Shown here piece by piece: positions 22,953 through 35,582 of a DNA stretch of 64,000 nt. This stretch comes from Heptranchias perlo. Taxonomy: Eukaryota. Made by a program: the position numbers and the translations under genes. Each line of letters begins with the position of its first letter. Within the stretch, counting starts at the first letter, position 1. The stretch covers positions 10,478,001 through 10,542,000 of the forward strand of contig NC_090366.1 of NCBI RefSeq assembly GCF_035084215.1. Direction: 5' to 3'. The notes under the pieces are model-generated. The model searched no databases. It was given only the letters and a program-made list of their open reading frames with translations, and had not been told where the DNA came from.

Positions 22953-25900
22953 TGCAATTAACATTCACGACAGAATAACATTGCAATCGGTACATAGGAC
23001 AGGAAGAGAGAAGCATAGACTGACTGGGGTTTGCGAGGACAGAGAAGGAAAGTGAAAAATAGTGAAAAACAAGCAGAAACAAAGGTAAATCAGAAAGAAA
23101 AATAAGAGTCGCAAAACCGCGGTACAAGTGAAGTAAGAGTGATGGGAAGATTAATCGAGAATTGTAACAATACAAAGAATGAGTGTGAGAGAATCATAGA
23201 TTAATCAGATTAGAAGAAAAAGGTCTGTGTGCCCTGATCGCGTGCTTTTTTCTGAACCTAAATGTCTATCAGATGGAACATATCCCGCCGCAAAGAACGT
23301 CATCAATGTAAAGTGAAATTGTTAGTTGACCACGCGAGGCGTTTTGAACTGACCCCAAGGAACTGCGCTCTCACCGTGGTGATTGCCAGTGGAAAATCTT
23401 AGTGAGCTACAGGCAGCTTTTTGTGAGCAGATACATAGGCATGGCATAGATATATTTTACCATTAGTAATTCTACAGTTGAACATCTTTAATCTTAATGT
23501 AGTTAATGAAAAGCGGAGTGCATTTCAAAACTAGGTTACAATATTAGGGCAGAACAATAATCATAATTTAATTGGTTGCAATATTTTGTGTTAAAATATA
23601 TTTTGAACGGTTCAGTAACAAAAATGTGTAAGTAACAATTGTCCATCGTTGAAGGTAGCGGAAGAAGTTAATAAAGCTATTTAAAAATACCATACGGGAT
23701 TCTTAGCTTTATAAATAGAGACATAGAGTACAAAAGCAAGGATGTTGTACCGACCCTTCATATATGACTGGTTAGGCCTCAGCTAGAGTAATGTGTCCAA
23801 TTCTGGGCACCAAATTTTAGGGAGGAGGTCAAGGCCTCACGGAGGGTGCAGAGGCGATTTACTAGAATGGTACCAGGGATGAGGGACCAGTTATGTGGAG
23901 AGACTGGAGAAGCTGGGATTGTTCTCCTTACTTCAGAGAAGGTTAAGGTCAGATTTAATAGAGGTGTTCAAAATGATGGGTTTTGATAGAGTAAATAGAG
24001 AGAAACAGATTCCACTGGCAGGAGGGTTGGTAACCAGAGGAATCCAGATTTAAGATAATTAGCAAAAGAACCAAGAGGAGATGAGGAGATTTTTTTACGC
24101 AGCGAGTTTTTATATTCTGGAATGCAGTACCCGAAAGGATGGTGGAAGTAGATTCAATAGTGACTTCCAAAAGGAAACGAAGAAGAAAGGGGGATTGAAA
24201 ATATGGTTCATCATGGGTGGGATTTTTCAGGATGGGGTGATGATGGTGGTTTGCAAAGAGCCAGGGACATAAAGGGATAGGGTACCATTTGCAATGTCAG
24301 CTAACATGGGGCCAGTTCAAGAGGCATGGGGTTGCGTTCAAGAGAACAGGAGGTGGATCTCATGGTCAAGATGAACTCGGGGAGGACATGGTGGGAGGTA
24401 GGAGAGCAACCAAAGAAAGCTCCAGCATCAGGAATATGGTAGGGGAGCCTACATAAGTTTTGGTTCGGTGGGCAAGGGGAAGGGGACTAGCAGCAGAGGC
24501 AGAGGAATAAATTATTTGAGTTTTAGCGACAGAGAAATCCATGGGCTCTTTGGACTTGTTGTTGGAGGTGAGGATGGATGGGGCAAGTAAGAGGCGTTTA
24601 AGGAGCCGGTTGGAAGTGGAGAAAACGAGCCGGCGTTATCTTTGATATCGAGACTTACCCAAGGCGGCTTCAAGCCTTGAAAGGGAATTGGAGAGTTGGA
24701 CAGCAGAGGATTAGCGATGGACTAAGGTAGTGATGAGGGGGCTAAAGAACCTAGTTGGGGAGAAATGAAACGTCCCATGACTGGGTCGGGAATGAAATAG
24801 GAAAGAAGGGCCTGAGAGGGGCCAAAAGAGAATTGGAAGATGGAAGGGATGGGCTCGGGTCTGCAGCGGCAGCCAAAACGTGGTCGCAAATGGGCACAAC
24901 GATTATTCATGTTTTGTAGGCGTGCAACAGATTAGGAGAGACATCGCCCGGTTGTTAAACAGAGGACAGAGAGAAGGCATTCTGAGAGTGTGCGAATTTA
25001 AAATCTGTGCTCCGGTGATGGGATGAAGTTGACTTGCAGACAGGGCGGAGTCCGCTTGGAGCATTGGCAAAGCAGTCCAAATCCAGTGACCGTCGTGGAG
25101 AGAGAGTTTACATCTAGTGACTGTTCGAGAGGCAGTGTGTCAGTGGGCGCACTGCTGGAGGTTATCCAATGGAAACAGAGGGCCAAGTAGGAGTGGAAGT
25201 CGACTTCTGATATTCCTCTCACTCCATTTATTCCCTTTTACCCTGACTATTCTTCCCAGTTCTCGTTTTTATTCCTTCCATCCTTCCTTGTTTTTTATAT
25301 TTCTCCTCTCATGCTCCTTATTTCATCTTCTGCATAACGCACTCTTTTTTTTTTCTCTTGCATACATTCTGGCGTCTATTTGGAATTTGCTTGCCGAGTG
25401 TAAAGCTGGCGGTATGTGTTGGCCGCCAATTATAGAAGTCGTCCGATTTCTATTCCCATTCTAGTTTTACAGCTGGGTGGCAAGTTAAAAATCGGCCCAC
25501 CACTTCTCTGTCTCCAACTTCCCTTTCACTTTGTTGCTGTCTGTTTCTCACGCACGCGCTGTCTTTTACCCTAAACAGTAGGACTTGGCAGCCTTGAGGG
25601 CTTGTCTTCTAGAACTGGTAAGGAATGTTTTGTTTATATAAACCTTCATTGAATTAGCATTCGCTCTTCTTGAATTCCCAGCGTTCAGACTCCATTTTGA
25701 GGACATATTTATGCTGAACCGCCATTTAGAGGACATATTTAAAGCCATATTTAGGGAATTGTGCCGATAGCGTTAAGCATCGATTGTGCAAAGAGCAGAA
25801 AGGAAAATCTGTAATGGAAGATCAATTGCCCCTTAGGGAACCCGCCGAATTTTCTTTCCTTAATTTCAACGTAAGGAAAATCAGATCGGTCCTGTTAGCG

Positions 25901-28900
25901 TTATGCACTCCTCCTCGCCAAATATTGCTTTCTGCGCTATGCCCGGGCGTATGCTTAACGCCGAAAGAAAGAAAGGATGAAATAAAGACAGAAAGAACAA
26001 AGGAAAGAAAGGAAGGAAGGATGAAAAAAGACTTGCATTGAAACAGAGCCTCCTACGACCTCAGGACGTCCCAATTTACAGCCAACAAAGTACTTTTGAA
26101 GTGTAGTCATTGTCCAGGCAGTAAATACACAAAGCCACCCAGTATGCCTTGCACCAAAGTTTCATATCATATTATAAAGTTGGAAAATCATCCTTCGTGC
26201 CTGAAATTAGAAGTTTCAATTTAACTAAAATGAACATAATATCAAATTTAAGCAGTTGTATTCTCCATTGATCGATATCAAGAGATAATTACATTTTCAA
26301 GGGAAACACTGAAAATGTGCGACCTGCAAAAAAAAAATGAACTCATTATCCTCGCTCTCTTTCTTTCTCTATTACAGATCCATTTGTCATCAGGACAAGA
26401 GAACATCACGTGACTGGAGTCCTCGGAAAATCGGTTTTATTGTCCATTAGCCAAGTCTCAGGAGTACCAATACAGAAAATCACGTGGGATAAGGGAAGTT
26501 ATAGATTTATAAACTGCCGGAAGCATGCTCCTTGCAAAATATTCGGGGAATATCAAAAGCGTGTAGAATGTTTCCCCGATTGCTCCTTAAAGCTCTTAGA
26601 CCTGCAGACCAAAGACAGCGGCGTCTATCACGCAACAGCCGTGGCCACTGATGGTCAGATCAGATATCAATCTGTTTATTTAGATGTTTCTGGTAAGTAA
26701 TATTGTTTTCTATTGGTTAGGCCGTTTATGAAACGCACAGTAATCTATAACCATGTTTAAAAATGATCGAAGTCAAATTACATATATCCACGTGTAGGTT
26801 TCCTGCTAGCATGTCCATCTCGACTATTTAGATGCTCTCCTGGACGGCCTGCATTCCCCCACATTCTTTAAACGTCAGCTCGTCTGCAATTCTGCTGCCC
26901 CTAACCTATTCCACAATAAGACATGCTCACCTATCACCACTGTACTTATTGATTTGCTTTGGCTCCCCCGCCTCAAATTTTAAATATTCATCTTTATGTT
27001 TGAAGGCCTTCATGTTCTCGCTTCCCTATCATTGCAACATCCTCCAGCCGTACAACACCAACTCACTCCCTGTAGCCCCCCGCCCACCCCCACTCGCCAT
27101 TGGCGACAGTGTCTTCAGTCAGCTAAGCACTGTGTTCTGGAATTCCATCTCTAATCCACTCCTCTTCTGGGCCTCCCTATCCTTCTTCAAGACCCTCCTT
27201 AAAACCCACCTGCTTGACGTCACAGAACGCCGATTTGCATATTGAAAGAGCCTGGAGTGTGACTCAGGAAGGCGCACCGGCCGCCCAGCGATAAGCCCTG
27301 GCGAATATATCATCGGCTACAGCTTGGGCTGGAACCGGGCGATACGCCGTTCCCCACTAATTTTGGCGGCGCTACCGCCCTGTTGCAGCCGGGCAGGATG
27401 CTTCAAAATCTCCTACAATGCTTACTGGTTATGTGCGTAACTTTAGATGGCCTCAAAGTGATTGGGGGGTGCATGAAACCGGCTGAAACCACCCCCTCTC
27501 CCTGCTCCGTGCCCAACAACTCCTAATATTTCATTTTTTGTTTCGGTATCCATTTTTCCTTCTGATGATACCTCTGAAACCGATTTTTCTCCGTTAAAGG
27601 CGCAATATAAATGCAAGTTGTAGTTAGCTGGAAAGCTGAAAGACGAGTCCCGAGATATTCGCACTTTTCCCCAAGACGATTGTTTTTCACCTTCGAGGCT
27701 GGACACACTTTTGGAATTTGGCACAAACACTATAAAGGAAAAAAGGCTTGCATTTGTATAGCGCCTTTCTCAACCTCGTGACCTCCCAAAGCGCTTTCCA
27801 TAGTCAATTAAATACTTTTGAAGTGTAGTCACTGTTATAATGTAGGAAACGCAGCAGCCAATTTGTGCACAGCAAGCTCCCACACACAGCAATGAGATAA
27901 ATGATCAGGAATATGTTTTACTGATGTTGTTTGTGGGATACATATTGGTCAGTACACTGGGTAGAACTCCCCTGCTCTTCGAAATAGTGCGATGGGATAT
28001 CTGAGAGGGCAGACAGGGCCTCGATTTAACTTCTCGTCGGAAAGTCGACACCTCCGACTGTGCAGCACTCCATCAGTACTGCACCGGTGCGTATCCGCCT
28101 AGATGCTCTGCTCAAGTCTGTGGAGTGGGATTTCGACTCAAAACCTTCAGGCTCAGAGGCAAGAGTGCGACCAATTGAGTGAGCACTGCCACCATGCTCT
28201 TAGCTGAGCAGTTCAGTGCACAGTACAATTCCTCCAATTAAGCTGAACATGGATCTCTGAAGCACACTTCACACTTCAGACGCCCCGCCCCCACTTCTCT
28301 CTAAAGAGTACCATTGTGCAACGTCACAACGGAAGTGACAGGCACAAAAAAAACGCCCAATGGAAATAGAATAACTTATTAATGAAGCGGAAGCCAGCTG
28401 AACCAGGTTCCGCCCCAAATTCGTCCCCCCTCCCCTTTTCGCGCTACATTTGACCCCTAACCTCCTTCCGATCTCAAGAATTTCGATGCCTTTAAGCTTC
28501 CTATTTCCTATTTTCTGCTCTGAACAGGAACAGGTATGCGATTTGGCTAGTATCCATCAGGCAAAATCATCCACTATATTTATGATACGGTGAAGCATAG
28601 CCACCATAGGAGTGCATACTCCTGGATTTGCTAAATGCATATTGTAGATCAGCGTTTATTTTGTTGTATGAAACAATTTGATTTAATAATTGTTGCACAG
28701 TTTACTGCTTCATATAAGAGGCAAGGAGAGGAATGGGAAAGTTGCCTCCCACTGGGTACATGACCACCTCTGATAAACCTACAGGAGAGGCGAGGAGCAA
28801 GCCAAGTCATTGAAAAAAAAATCAACTGTTTGTTTTACAGTTCCAGTTTCCCCTCCCAAAATCGCAGTCTACCAGGATAATTCGAGTGTCCACCACAGTT

Positions 28901-31900
28901 TGACTTTGACTTGCAACATTGGTGAAGGAAGCTTGCCTCAGTTTGTTTGGCGGAAGGACAAGCAACAGCTCGCAGGCGGCCTCAGGTTTCTCTTAACGAA
29001 CGGCAACCGCAGCCTGTCGATTCGAAACTTTACCAACTCGGACTGCGGGACTTACACCTGCATAGTTCGAAACGGCATCAGCAAGAAAGAAACTACACGG
29101 GCATTGTTTGGTGAGTATATTATCGGGCATAAAAAGTTCATGCCAATAATTAACGTGCAGCTCATTGAGGGATATGGCAGCATTATGGTTGTGATATTGA
29201 ACTAGTCATCCAGAGGCCTGGATGGATATTCCAAAAATTGGGAGTTCAAATCCCACCATGACAGTTTGATCATTTAAATTCAATTAAGAAAATACTAGAA
29301 ATAAAAAGCTCGTATCAACAAAGTGACCATGAAACTGTCGGATTGTCGTTAAAAACCCAACTGGTTCACTAATATCCCTCTAGAAAAGGAAACCTGTCAT
29401 CCTTACTCAGTCTGGCCTCAGCCACACATCGTGGTTGACTCCATTGCCACACCATCGTGGTTGACTTCGAACTGCCTTCTGAGGTGGCCTAACGAGGCCC
29501 TCAGTTGTATCAAACCTGCTACCAGCGGTTCAAGAAGAAGGCCCACCACCACCTTCTCAGGGCAACTAGGGAGTGGCAGTATGTGTGGACTTTTAAAGCA
29601 ACACCCACATCTCGAGAATGAATTATTAAAGGAAGGAAGCAGCATGATCACTATGTGTAGGGACAGCACAAATATCCTCATGTGGTTTCCTCTTTTGCTT
29701 TAACTAGAGAAATCCAAATCCGTTATTTTTGAATAGATTTGCGATTTTGCTAGAACGACCAACCGTATGAGATCTTAGCGACGGTTTTGTTTGGGGATAA
29801 ATTCCTCTTAGTGTTAGCGCTAAAACGGGCGATTTTCTTTTCCATTGACTTCAAAAGCACGGGTTGAGAGGCTGCCCGGGCGAGCAGGCATTATGTCATC
29901 CTGAGAAAGGACAGGATGTGTCTCTCCCATGGAGCCAATGCCACTCTCACCCGGCTGCGCCTCAGCACTCCCACTGCTCTGGGGGACAAACGATTTCGGC
30001 AGTGATGAAGCACTCTTCATTCCCTATTCAGGCTCTCCTTCTGCTTTGAATGAATGAGGAAATTAGGTGGTCAAAAATAGGTCTCAAGCAATTCTTCTTC
30101 CACTGTCCGCTATTTTAGTACCAATATTTGTTTGAAATAAAGGTCCTGAATGGCTCTGTACTAATTTCGCACAGGTCTTCAAGTTGATAATTGTTATTTA
30201 ATGTAATACTGTCAATACCAAATTCCCTCTCTTTAACTTACAGGTGAAGACGACTCAAAATGTGAGATTTCAAATTACCTGATTACAATAATCGCTGTGG
30301 CTATTTGCGTGGTAGGGTTGGGATTAGTCATTAACTTCATCAAAAAATGTGTGAATTCCCGTACAGGTAAATGAAGTCACGATATTGAATTTATCAGAAT
30401 CAGTTCATAATCTATTATAATATTACCTTTGGTGAAGAAATGATTGGTCCATGTTAATAATTCTCTGCTTTTCCCGCAAGATAGAAATACGGACCTGGTT
30501 CACTTGGATCACAGGTATGGGAATAATTTAGACTATTTGAGGTTCATTTGAACCTAACTCGCAGGGCAGGAAACCCATAAGCAGTAGAATGTGTATTGCG
30601 TTCTTTTGAATTTTGGGATCCGTTTGATATACAAAAATACTGTTTTTTTCTGACATATATATTTCTTTGACAGATAGGTGGATATATTCTACCATCACAA
30701 ACTTAATGATATAATTGAAATTAGTAATAGTAATTAATTTAGTGTTTCGAAATCTTTGTAAAAATAACAGCATGGCAAGCAGTTGTTTTAAGTTTCTTTG
30801 AATTCGAGAGATGTTCACAGTTGAATTTCGTTCCATGTATCTGAACGTAATTATTTATTATTTCAGTCGTAGCATTTTTAAGTTAAGGTGTGATTGCGTG
30901 CTTAATGGTGCATTTTATCGTCCTCAGCTCAAACCCAGCTGTGCACGGACAAAAGCAGCAGAGGTGAGAATCGGTTATTAAATCACAAATCAATGAAATT
31001 GAGAGCGAAAGATTTAGTGTTATTGCCTTGGGTTCCAATCTTAAATTAAGGCAAATTGTGTCCAAATTGTATTCTCAGAAAACAACACAAGACCATCCCA
31101 GGACCCTCCCAACAACGGAATGGGTATGTTAAGTATAATCCAGTTCAGCAGTAGTGCTTATGATTGCTTGTCCGTGTAAAGAGACAACATTAAAGTATAA
31201 ATAGCAAGCATCAATAGCCAGAGTTAAAGCTCTATCTGTTTCCTGTTGAAATCTAATTGTTCGAAGTCTAATCCAGTGATGAACTGGATGCACTGGGTGG
31301 TTATTTATAAGACATCGATCTATCTATCATCTATCTACCTATCTATCTATCATCAATTCATCATCTATCTATCATCTATCATCTATCTGTTCATCTTTCT
31401 ATCTATCATGTCTGTTTGTCTGGCTTTATGTCTGTACCGTTGTTTGTCTTGAAATAGACAGAACCGCAGTGAGGAAAGCACAGGAGAAACGACGGAGGGA
31501 AACAAAAGATAAATTATGAAAATAAAATGAACAGGAAAAAGCTAGAACAACGCAAAAAGATTTAGACAGCTACAAGCAGAGCAGTGGAGCAAGATAGAAT
31601 ATACAAAAAAACATGACTTTAAAATGTTCTTTATTCTGTTTTAAAATGTGATTATCCACTAAACTGCACATATATGATAAAGTGCAGTTACCAAAATTGC
31701 TTCTATTATTCCTGTTTTGTCTTCCCAAAGAGTTGAGCAGAACAATTATCATTGTAAGAATCGTAAGAAGGGAGAACTTCAATAAGATTTCCCAACATCT
31801 ACTTACAAAAGATTACACTATTCATAAGCTATATCATCGCGAATGCTGCAGTAAAGTTTTGAAACATTCTGTGATTTATTTTCTTTACTGTGTCAATTTT

Positions 31901-34900
31901 TTTTTTTTAAAATCACATCATAATTAAATGTCTTTGCAGATGACGAAGTTATATTCTCCCTCTCCCAGCACGCTATCGTGTTAAAGTTACGATTCAATAG
32001 GCAGTGTCCTATTCGAAATTATTGTTTCACCAAAACCTCAAAACTGTGTAACATCCCTCTTTAATTCCCTTTACACTTCTCATCATACTATAGCTCTTAA
32101 AGGCTCTTGAAATCCAACTTCCATGTCAGATAATATCGACATCTTGATTCAACCTTGGAACTGCTCAGCATCTGAGCCCATAATTCTCTATTTTGCCCGT
32201 GATTTCCCTTTTGCATTCTCTGTGCAAAACTGCAACTTTGCAAGAGAAATTCTGAGGGAAAAAAGCTCTTCACTGTTAAAGTTGGCCTCCCCATTCGACC
32301 TATTAGTATCACCGTAATAGAGACCATATCTGTAATATTGCTAATTTGAGATGTAAAGGTACTTTCCAAAGAGGATGAACATATCCTGCCTGCTCCGTTT
32401 AGCACGTAATGTGATAGCCACCTTCTTTTAAATAATGTTATAGCCTGTAAGTGAGGCTATTATTAGGAAAACACAAGGCGCTTTCTCTCTCTCTCGCTCT
32501 ATCTCGCTCTTACTATCTTTCCTCGTTTTCTCACTTCTTCTTAACATCTGCATGTACACAGTTCACACGCCCACTGTCGATTGTGGGGATTTTTGAAGAT
32601 GCATAATGACTATTTTTAGTAGTACAGGTTCATACCGATTCGATGCATTACTAGCACCTTACTTTCACTCAGACAGCAGCGCCAAGGACATTTTATCGTT
32701 ATACTAAAACCATTGAGATTAATTATTTGTTTTTGGTATTTTTCTAACCAGGAGGGGAAATCCTCAACGAACCGGACAGAATCGACGTGAGTAGCTTTTC
32801 CACATTATTCCTGAAGAATAACAATAGATTATTTTGCATATTGCCCTATTCTTAAGTGTGGGTATATTCTATCGAAATATGTAGCTTGCAATATTTCTTG
32901 CAGAATATATGAAATACATCTGTTTTTGATGTATCACACCGTTTTGGGTCAAGCGAAATCAAAACACTGACGAATTCATTTCCTATATAGTTTGCATGTT
33001 AATGCGACATATATAGTCCATGACCAATTCCACCTTCATGAGCACGAGTGTGAATATTATACCGATTGTCACATCAAGTTACATGTTCAAAATTAGTTAA
33101 CCGAAGGAAACATGGCTTGTGAAAAATCTGATGAAAATGCATGAACATAACAGTTTACGGTTCCATAAAGGTTTGCTTTGATTGAAGCTAGCAGTGTTTC
33201 CAAATTTTATGAACCCGTAGCACATTACAAGTTACTTTGGGTTTGTAGAGAGACGTGTTGAGTATTTTTACATAGCTCATCACACTTTAGTAGCCCTATG
33301 CTTTGAGAATTCAGAGAAGCAAGATCTTCCCTGAATCTCTATTATTTCCAAAGCAGTTAGGCACCAGCTCGTGCTTCTTATTTATGCATCATCTCCATTC
33401 ATCAGAGCAGCAACGAAAATGTAACTTAAAGCAAACACCTGCCAAAATTTGAAGTAAACTGTGATTGGGATCAAACACGGTGCATTCCTGCAATCCAGCC
33501 CATGGGGCATCCAATGGGAAAGATTCCTGTCTCCTCCAACCACCACCACATCCACTCCCCCCATCGCCACCCTCGCCAATCGTCTAAGGAAGGCTTCAGA
33601 CAGCGCTAGAAAAGCACGGACAAGGGAGGAAAATGTGAGCAGAACAAAGCCCACACGCACCGAGATAGAATATATTACTTTCATCAACTGATTAAGCATC
33701 GAATTCTCATTCAGTTTTGCACAGATGTATGGCACAAGAGGCAGATACCGTGTAATATAAGTCAGGGTCAATGTGGTCTCCTGGACTAGGTTCGATCGTC
33801 TAAAGGGATCGCAAAGAGTTGGTTCAGATTGTTTCCCCTAATTGCCCTGGGTTTTATCTGTTTCTTGCCTCTCCCAGGAGAGTACATGCGTTCGGGTGGG
33901 TGGGGAGTGACTGTATAGTGATGTACAATGCATCAGGACTGTCTGGTGATGTACAATGCATCAGGACTGTCTGGTGATGTACAATGCATCTGGACTGTCT
34001 GGTGATGTACAATGCATCAGGACTGTCTGGTGATGTACAATGCATCAGGACTGTATGGTGATGTACAGGACTATATGGTGATGTACAATGCATCAGGACT
34101 GTATGGTGATGTACAGGACTATATGGTGATGTACAATGCATCAGGACTGTATGGTGATGTACAATGCTTCAGGACTGCATGGTGATGTACAATGCATCAG
34201 GACTGTATGGTGATGTACAATGCTTCAGGACTGTATAGTGATGTACAATGCTTCAGGACTGCATGGTGATGTACAATGCATCAGGACTGTATGGTGATGT
34301 ACAATGCTTCAGGACTGTATGGTGATGTACAGGACTATATGGTGATGTACAATGCATCAGGACTGTATGGTGATGTACAATGCTTCAGGACTGTATGGTG
34401 ATGTACAGGACTATATGGTGATGTACAATGCATCAGGACTGTATGGTGATGTACAATGCTTCAGGACTGTATGGTGATGTACAGGACTATATGGTGATGT
34501 ACAATGCATCAGGACTGTATGGTGATGTACAATGCATCAGGACTGTATGGTAATGTACAATGCATCAGGACTGTATGGTGATGTACAATGCATCAGGACT
34601 GTATGGTAATGTACAATGCATCAGGACTGTATGGTGATGTACAATGCATCAGGACTGTATGGTGATGTACAATGCATCAGGACTGTATGGTGATGTACAA
34701 TGCTTCAGGACTGTATGGTGATGTACAATGCATCAGGACTGTATGGTGATGTACAATGCATCAGGACTGTATGGTGATGTACAATGCATCAGGACTGTAT
34801 GGTGATGTACAATGCATCAGGACTGTATGGTGATGTACAATGCATCAGGACTGTATGGTGATGTACAATGCATCAGGACTATATGGTGATGTACAGGACT

Positions 34901-35582
34901 ATATGGTGATGTACAATGCCTCAGGACTGCATGGTGATGTACAGGACTGTCTGATGATGTACAATGCATCAGGACTGTCTGGTGATGTACAATGCCTCAG
35001 GACTATATGGTGATGTACAGGACTGTCTGGTGATGTACAATGCCTCAGGACTATATGGTGATGTACAATGCCTCAGGACTATATGGTGATGTACAGGACT
35101 ATATGGTGATGTACAATGCATCAGGACTGTATGGTGATGTACAGGACTATATGGTGATGTACAATGCATCAGGACTGTATGGGAAAGGCTGGATTCTCCA
35201 GTTGGTGATTTCCTGTCCAACATTTCCGTGTGTTGGTAGTGGTTTCACAGGACACATTAATCAAGAGCTTTCTGAGTTAAGGCCTTTGGGTATTGGGCAG
35301 TGCTTGCGTAGGCAGTGGGGAACTGAGGTCAAGATTATAAAATGCTATATTATAACATGTTACTGATTCTCGGAAGGTAAAATGTATCTCAGATGGCCTG
35401 GTACTGTGGCACTTAAGTATCTTTTGTTCATTTTGCAGATGGAATACGAGTCTAATGGAGACGGAGGCGTTCGATATGTCTCCATGTATTTCCTGGGGAG
35501 TGGGTACCGGCCCGACCGAATTCAAGAACAAGAGGACGAGGGGGAGGATGGCTTTGAATATTCTTTGATTGCCTGTCGTTGA
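21602..35582 (+). CDS. CD2/SLAM/CEACAM-like Ig-superfamily type I membrane receptor; proposed join(21602..21665,26378..26692,28841..29110,30244..30366,30481..30514,30928..30963,31079..31123,32752..32786,35251..35327,35439..35582), ~380 aa
   Basis: All proposed introns are GT-AG and phase-compatible (1,1,1,1,2,2,2,1,0); total 1143 nt, open to TGA. Leader, IgV, IgC2, TM and the last exon are well supported. The cytoplasmic mini-exons, especially 35251-35327, are weaker. Confidence 0.75.
21673..22421 (+). mobile_element. Young 5'-truncated CR1 LINE
   Basis: Uninterrupted RT C-terminal frame to 22309, (TTCTTATG)n tail, and a candidate target-site duplication ACATGT at 21671-21676 and 22422-22427. 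Confidence 0.95.
22725..22905 (-). mobile_element. CR1 LINE 3' fragment
   Basis: AGAATCATACAGC...GGAGGCCATTCGGCC is the reverse of a CR1 3' UTR. Confidence 0.8.
23640..24175 (+). mobile_element. Degenerate CR1 LINE fragment
   Basis: TGTGTCCAATTCTGGGCACC (CVQFWAP) and ATAGAGGTGTTCAAAATG (IEVFKM) motifs with stops. Confidence 0.85.
26378..26692 (+). CDS. Ig receptor exon 2: N-terminal IgV-like domain without the canonical B-F disulfide
   Basis: Polypyrimidine tract plus ttacag|. Translation includes VTGVLGKSVLL...ITWDK...YQKRVE...SLKLLDLQTKDSGVYHA...VYLDVS, then G|gtaagt; 315 nt, phase 1-1. Confidence 0.9.
26850..27215 (+). mobile_element. L2 LINE 3' fragment
   Basis: Degenerate ...FKYSSLCLKAF...VFWNSI...FKTLLKTHL; same family as 62320-62870. 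Confidence 0.7.
27748..28182 (-). mobile_element. tRNA-headed Deu-domain SINE (SacSINE1/AmnSINE1-like) with L2-type tail
   Basis: Minus strand: tRNA-like head, central GTGCTGCACAGTCGGAGGTGTCGACTTTCCGACGAGAAGTTAAATCGAGGCCC...GAAGAGCAGGGGAGTTC, and tail AAAGGCGCTATACAAATGCAAG. Confidence 0.8.
28841..29110 (+). CDS. Ig receptor exon 3: IgC2-like domain
   Basis: ttacag| VPVSPPKI...LTLTCNI...FVWRKD...SLSIRNFTNSDCGTYTCIVRNGIS...LF, then G|gtgagt. Canonical C-W-C; sequons NSS, NRS and NFT; 270 nt, phase 1-1. Confidence 0.92.
29170..29630 (+). mobile_element. tRNA-derived SINE sharing its 3' tail with the LINE at 9292-10670
   Basis: B box GAGTTCAAATCC at ~29242; central AAAAACCCAACTGGTTCACTAAT; tail GCGGTTCAAGAAG...CACCACCTTCTCAGGGCAACTAGGGA. 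Confidence 0.8.
30244..30366 (+). CDS. Ig receptor exon 4: stalk and transmembrane segment
   Basis: ttacag| GEDDSKCEISN-YLITIIAVAICVVGLGLVINFI-KKCVNSRT, then G|gtaaat. Hydrophobic run followed by a KK stop-transfer signal. Too short for the ORF track. Confidence 0.88.
31315..31410. repeat. Degenerate (TCTA)n microsatellite
   Basis: Direct inspection. Confidence 0.85.
33905..35181. repeat. Minisatellite of 28-bp units with interspersed 20-bp deletion variants
   Basis: GGACTGTATGGTGATGTACAATGCATCA (28 bp) and GGACTATATGGTGATGTACA (20 bp), highly homogeneous over ~1.3 kb. Confidence 0.97.
35439..35582 (+). CDS. Ig receptor terminal exon with cytoplasmic tyrosine motifs
   Basis: Strong acceptor cttttgttcattttgcag|, then MEYESNGDGGVRYVSMYFLGSGYRPDRIQEQEDEGEDGFEYSLIACR*. 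VRYVSM and FEYSLI resemble ITIM-type motifs. Confidence 0.72.
   Translation: MEYESNGDGGVRYVSMYFLGSGYRPDRIQEQEDEGEDGFEYSLIACR

Noticed and set aside
22915-23175. Hydrophobic ORF resembling a membrane peptide (also 25117-25464)
   Set aside because: Arises from pyrimidine-rich low-complexity sequence and a (TA)n run.
32097-32405. 102-aa minus-strand ORF in the Ig receptor intron
   Set aside because: No recognisable domain, non-ATG start and no convincing splice context.
33355-33420. Alternative cytoplasmic mini-exon candidates near 33357-33420 and 33725-33766
   Set aside because: Weak donors or incompatible phase; 35251-35327 fits the frame better, though it is also uncertain.
33854-35366. 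ORFs with repeated MHCTSPYSPVHHHTVL or DYMVMYNASGLYG
   Set aside because: Translations of the 28/20-bp minisatellite.
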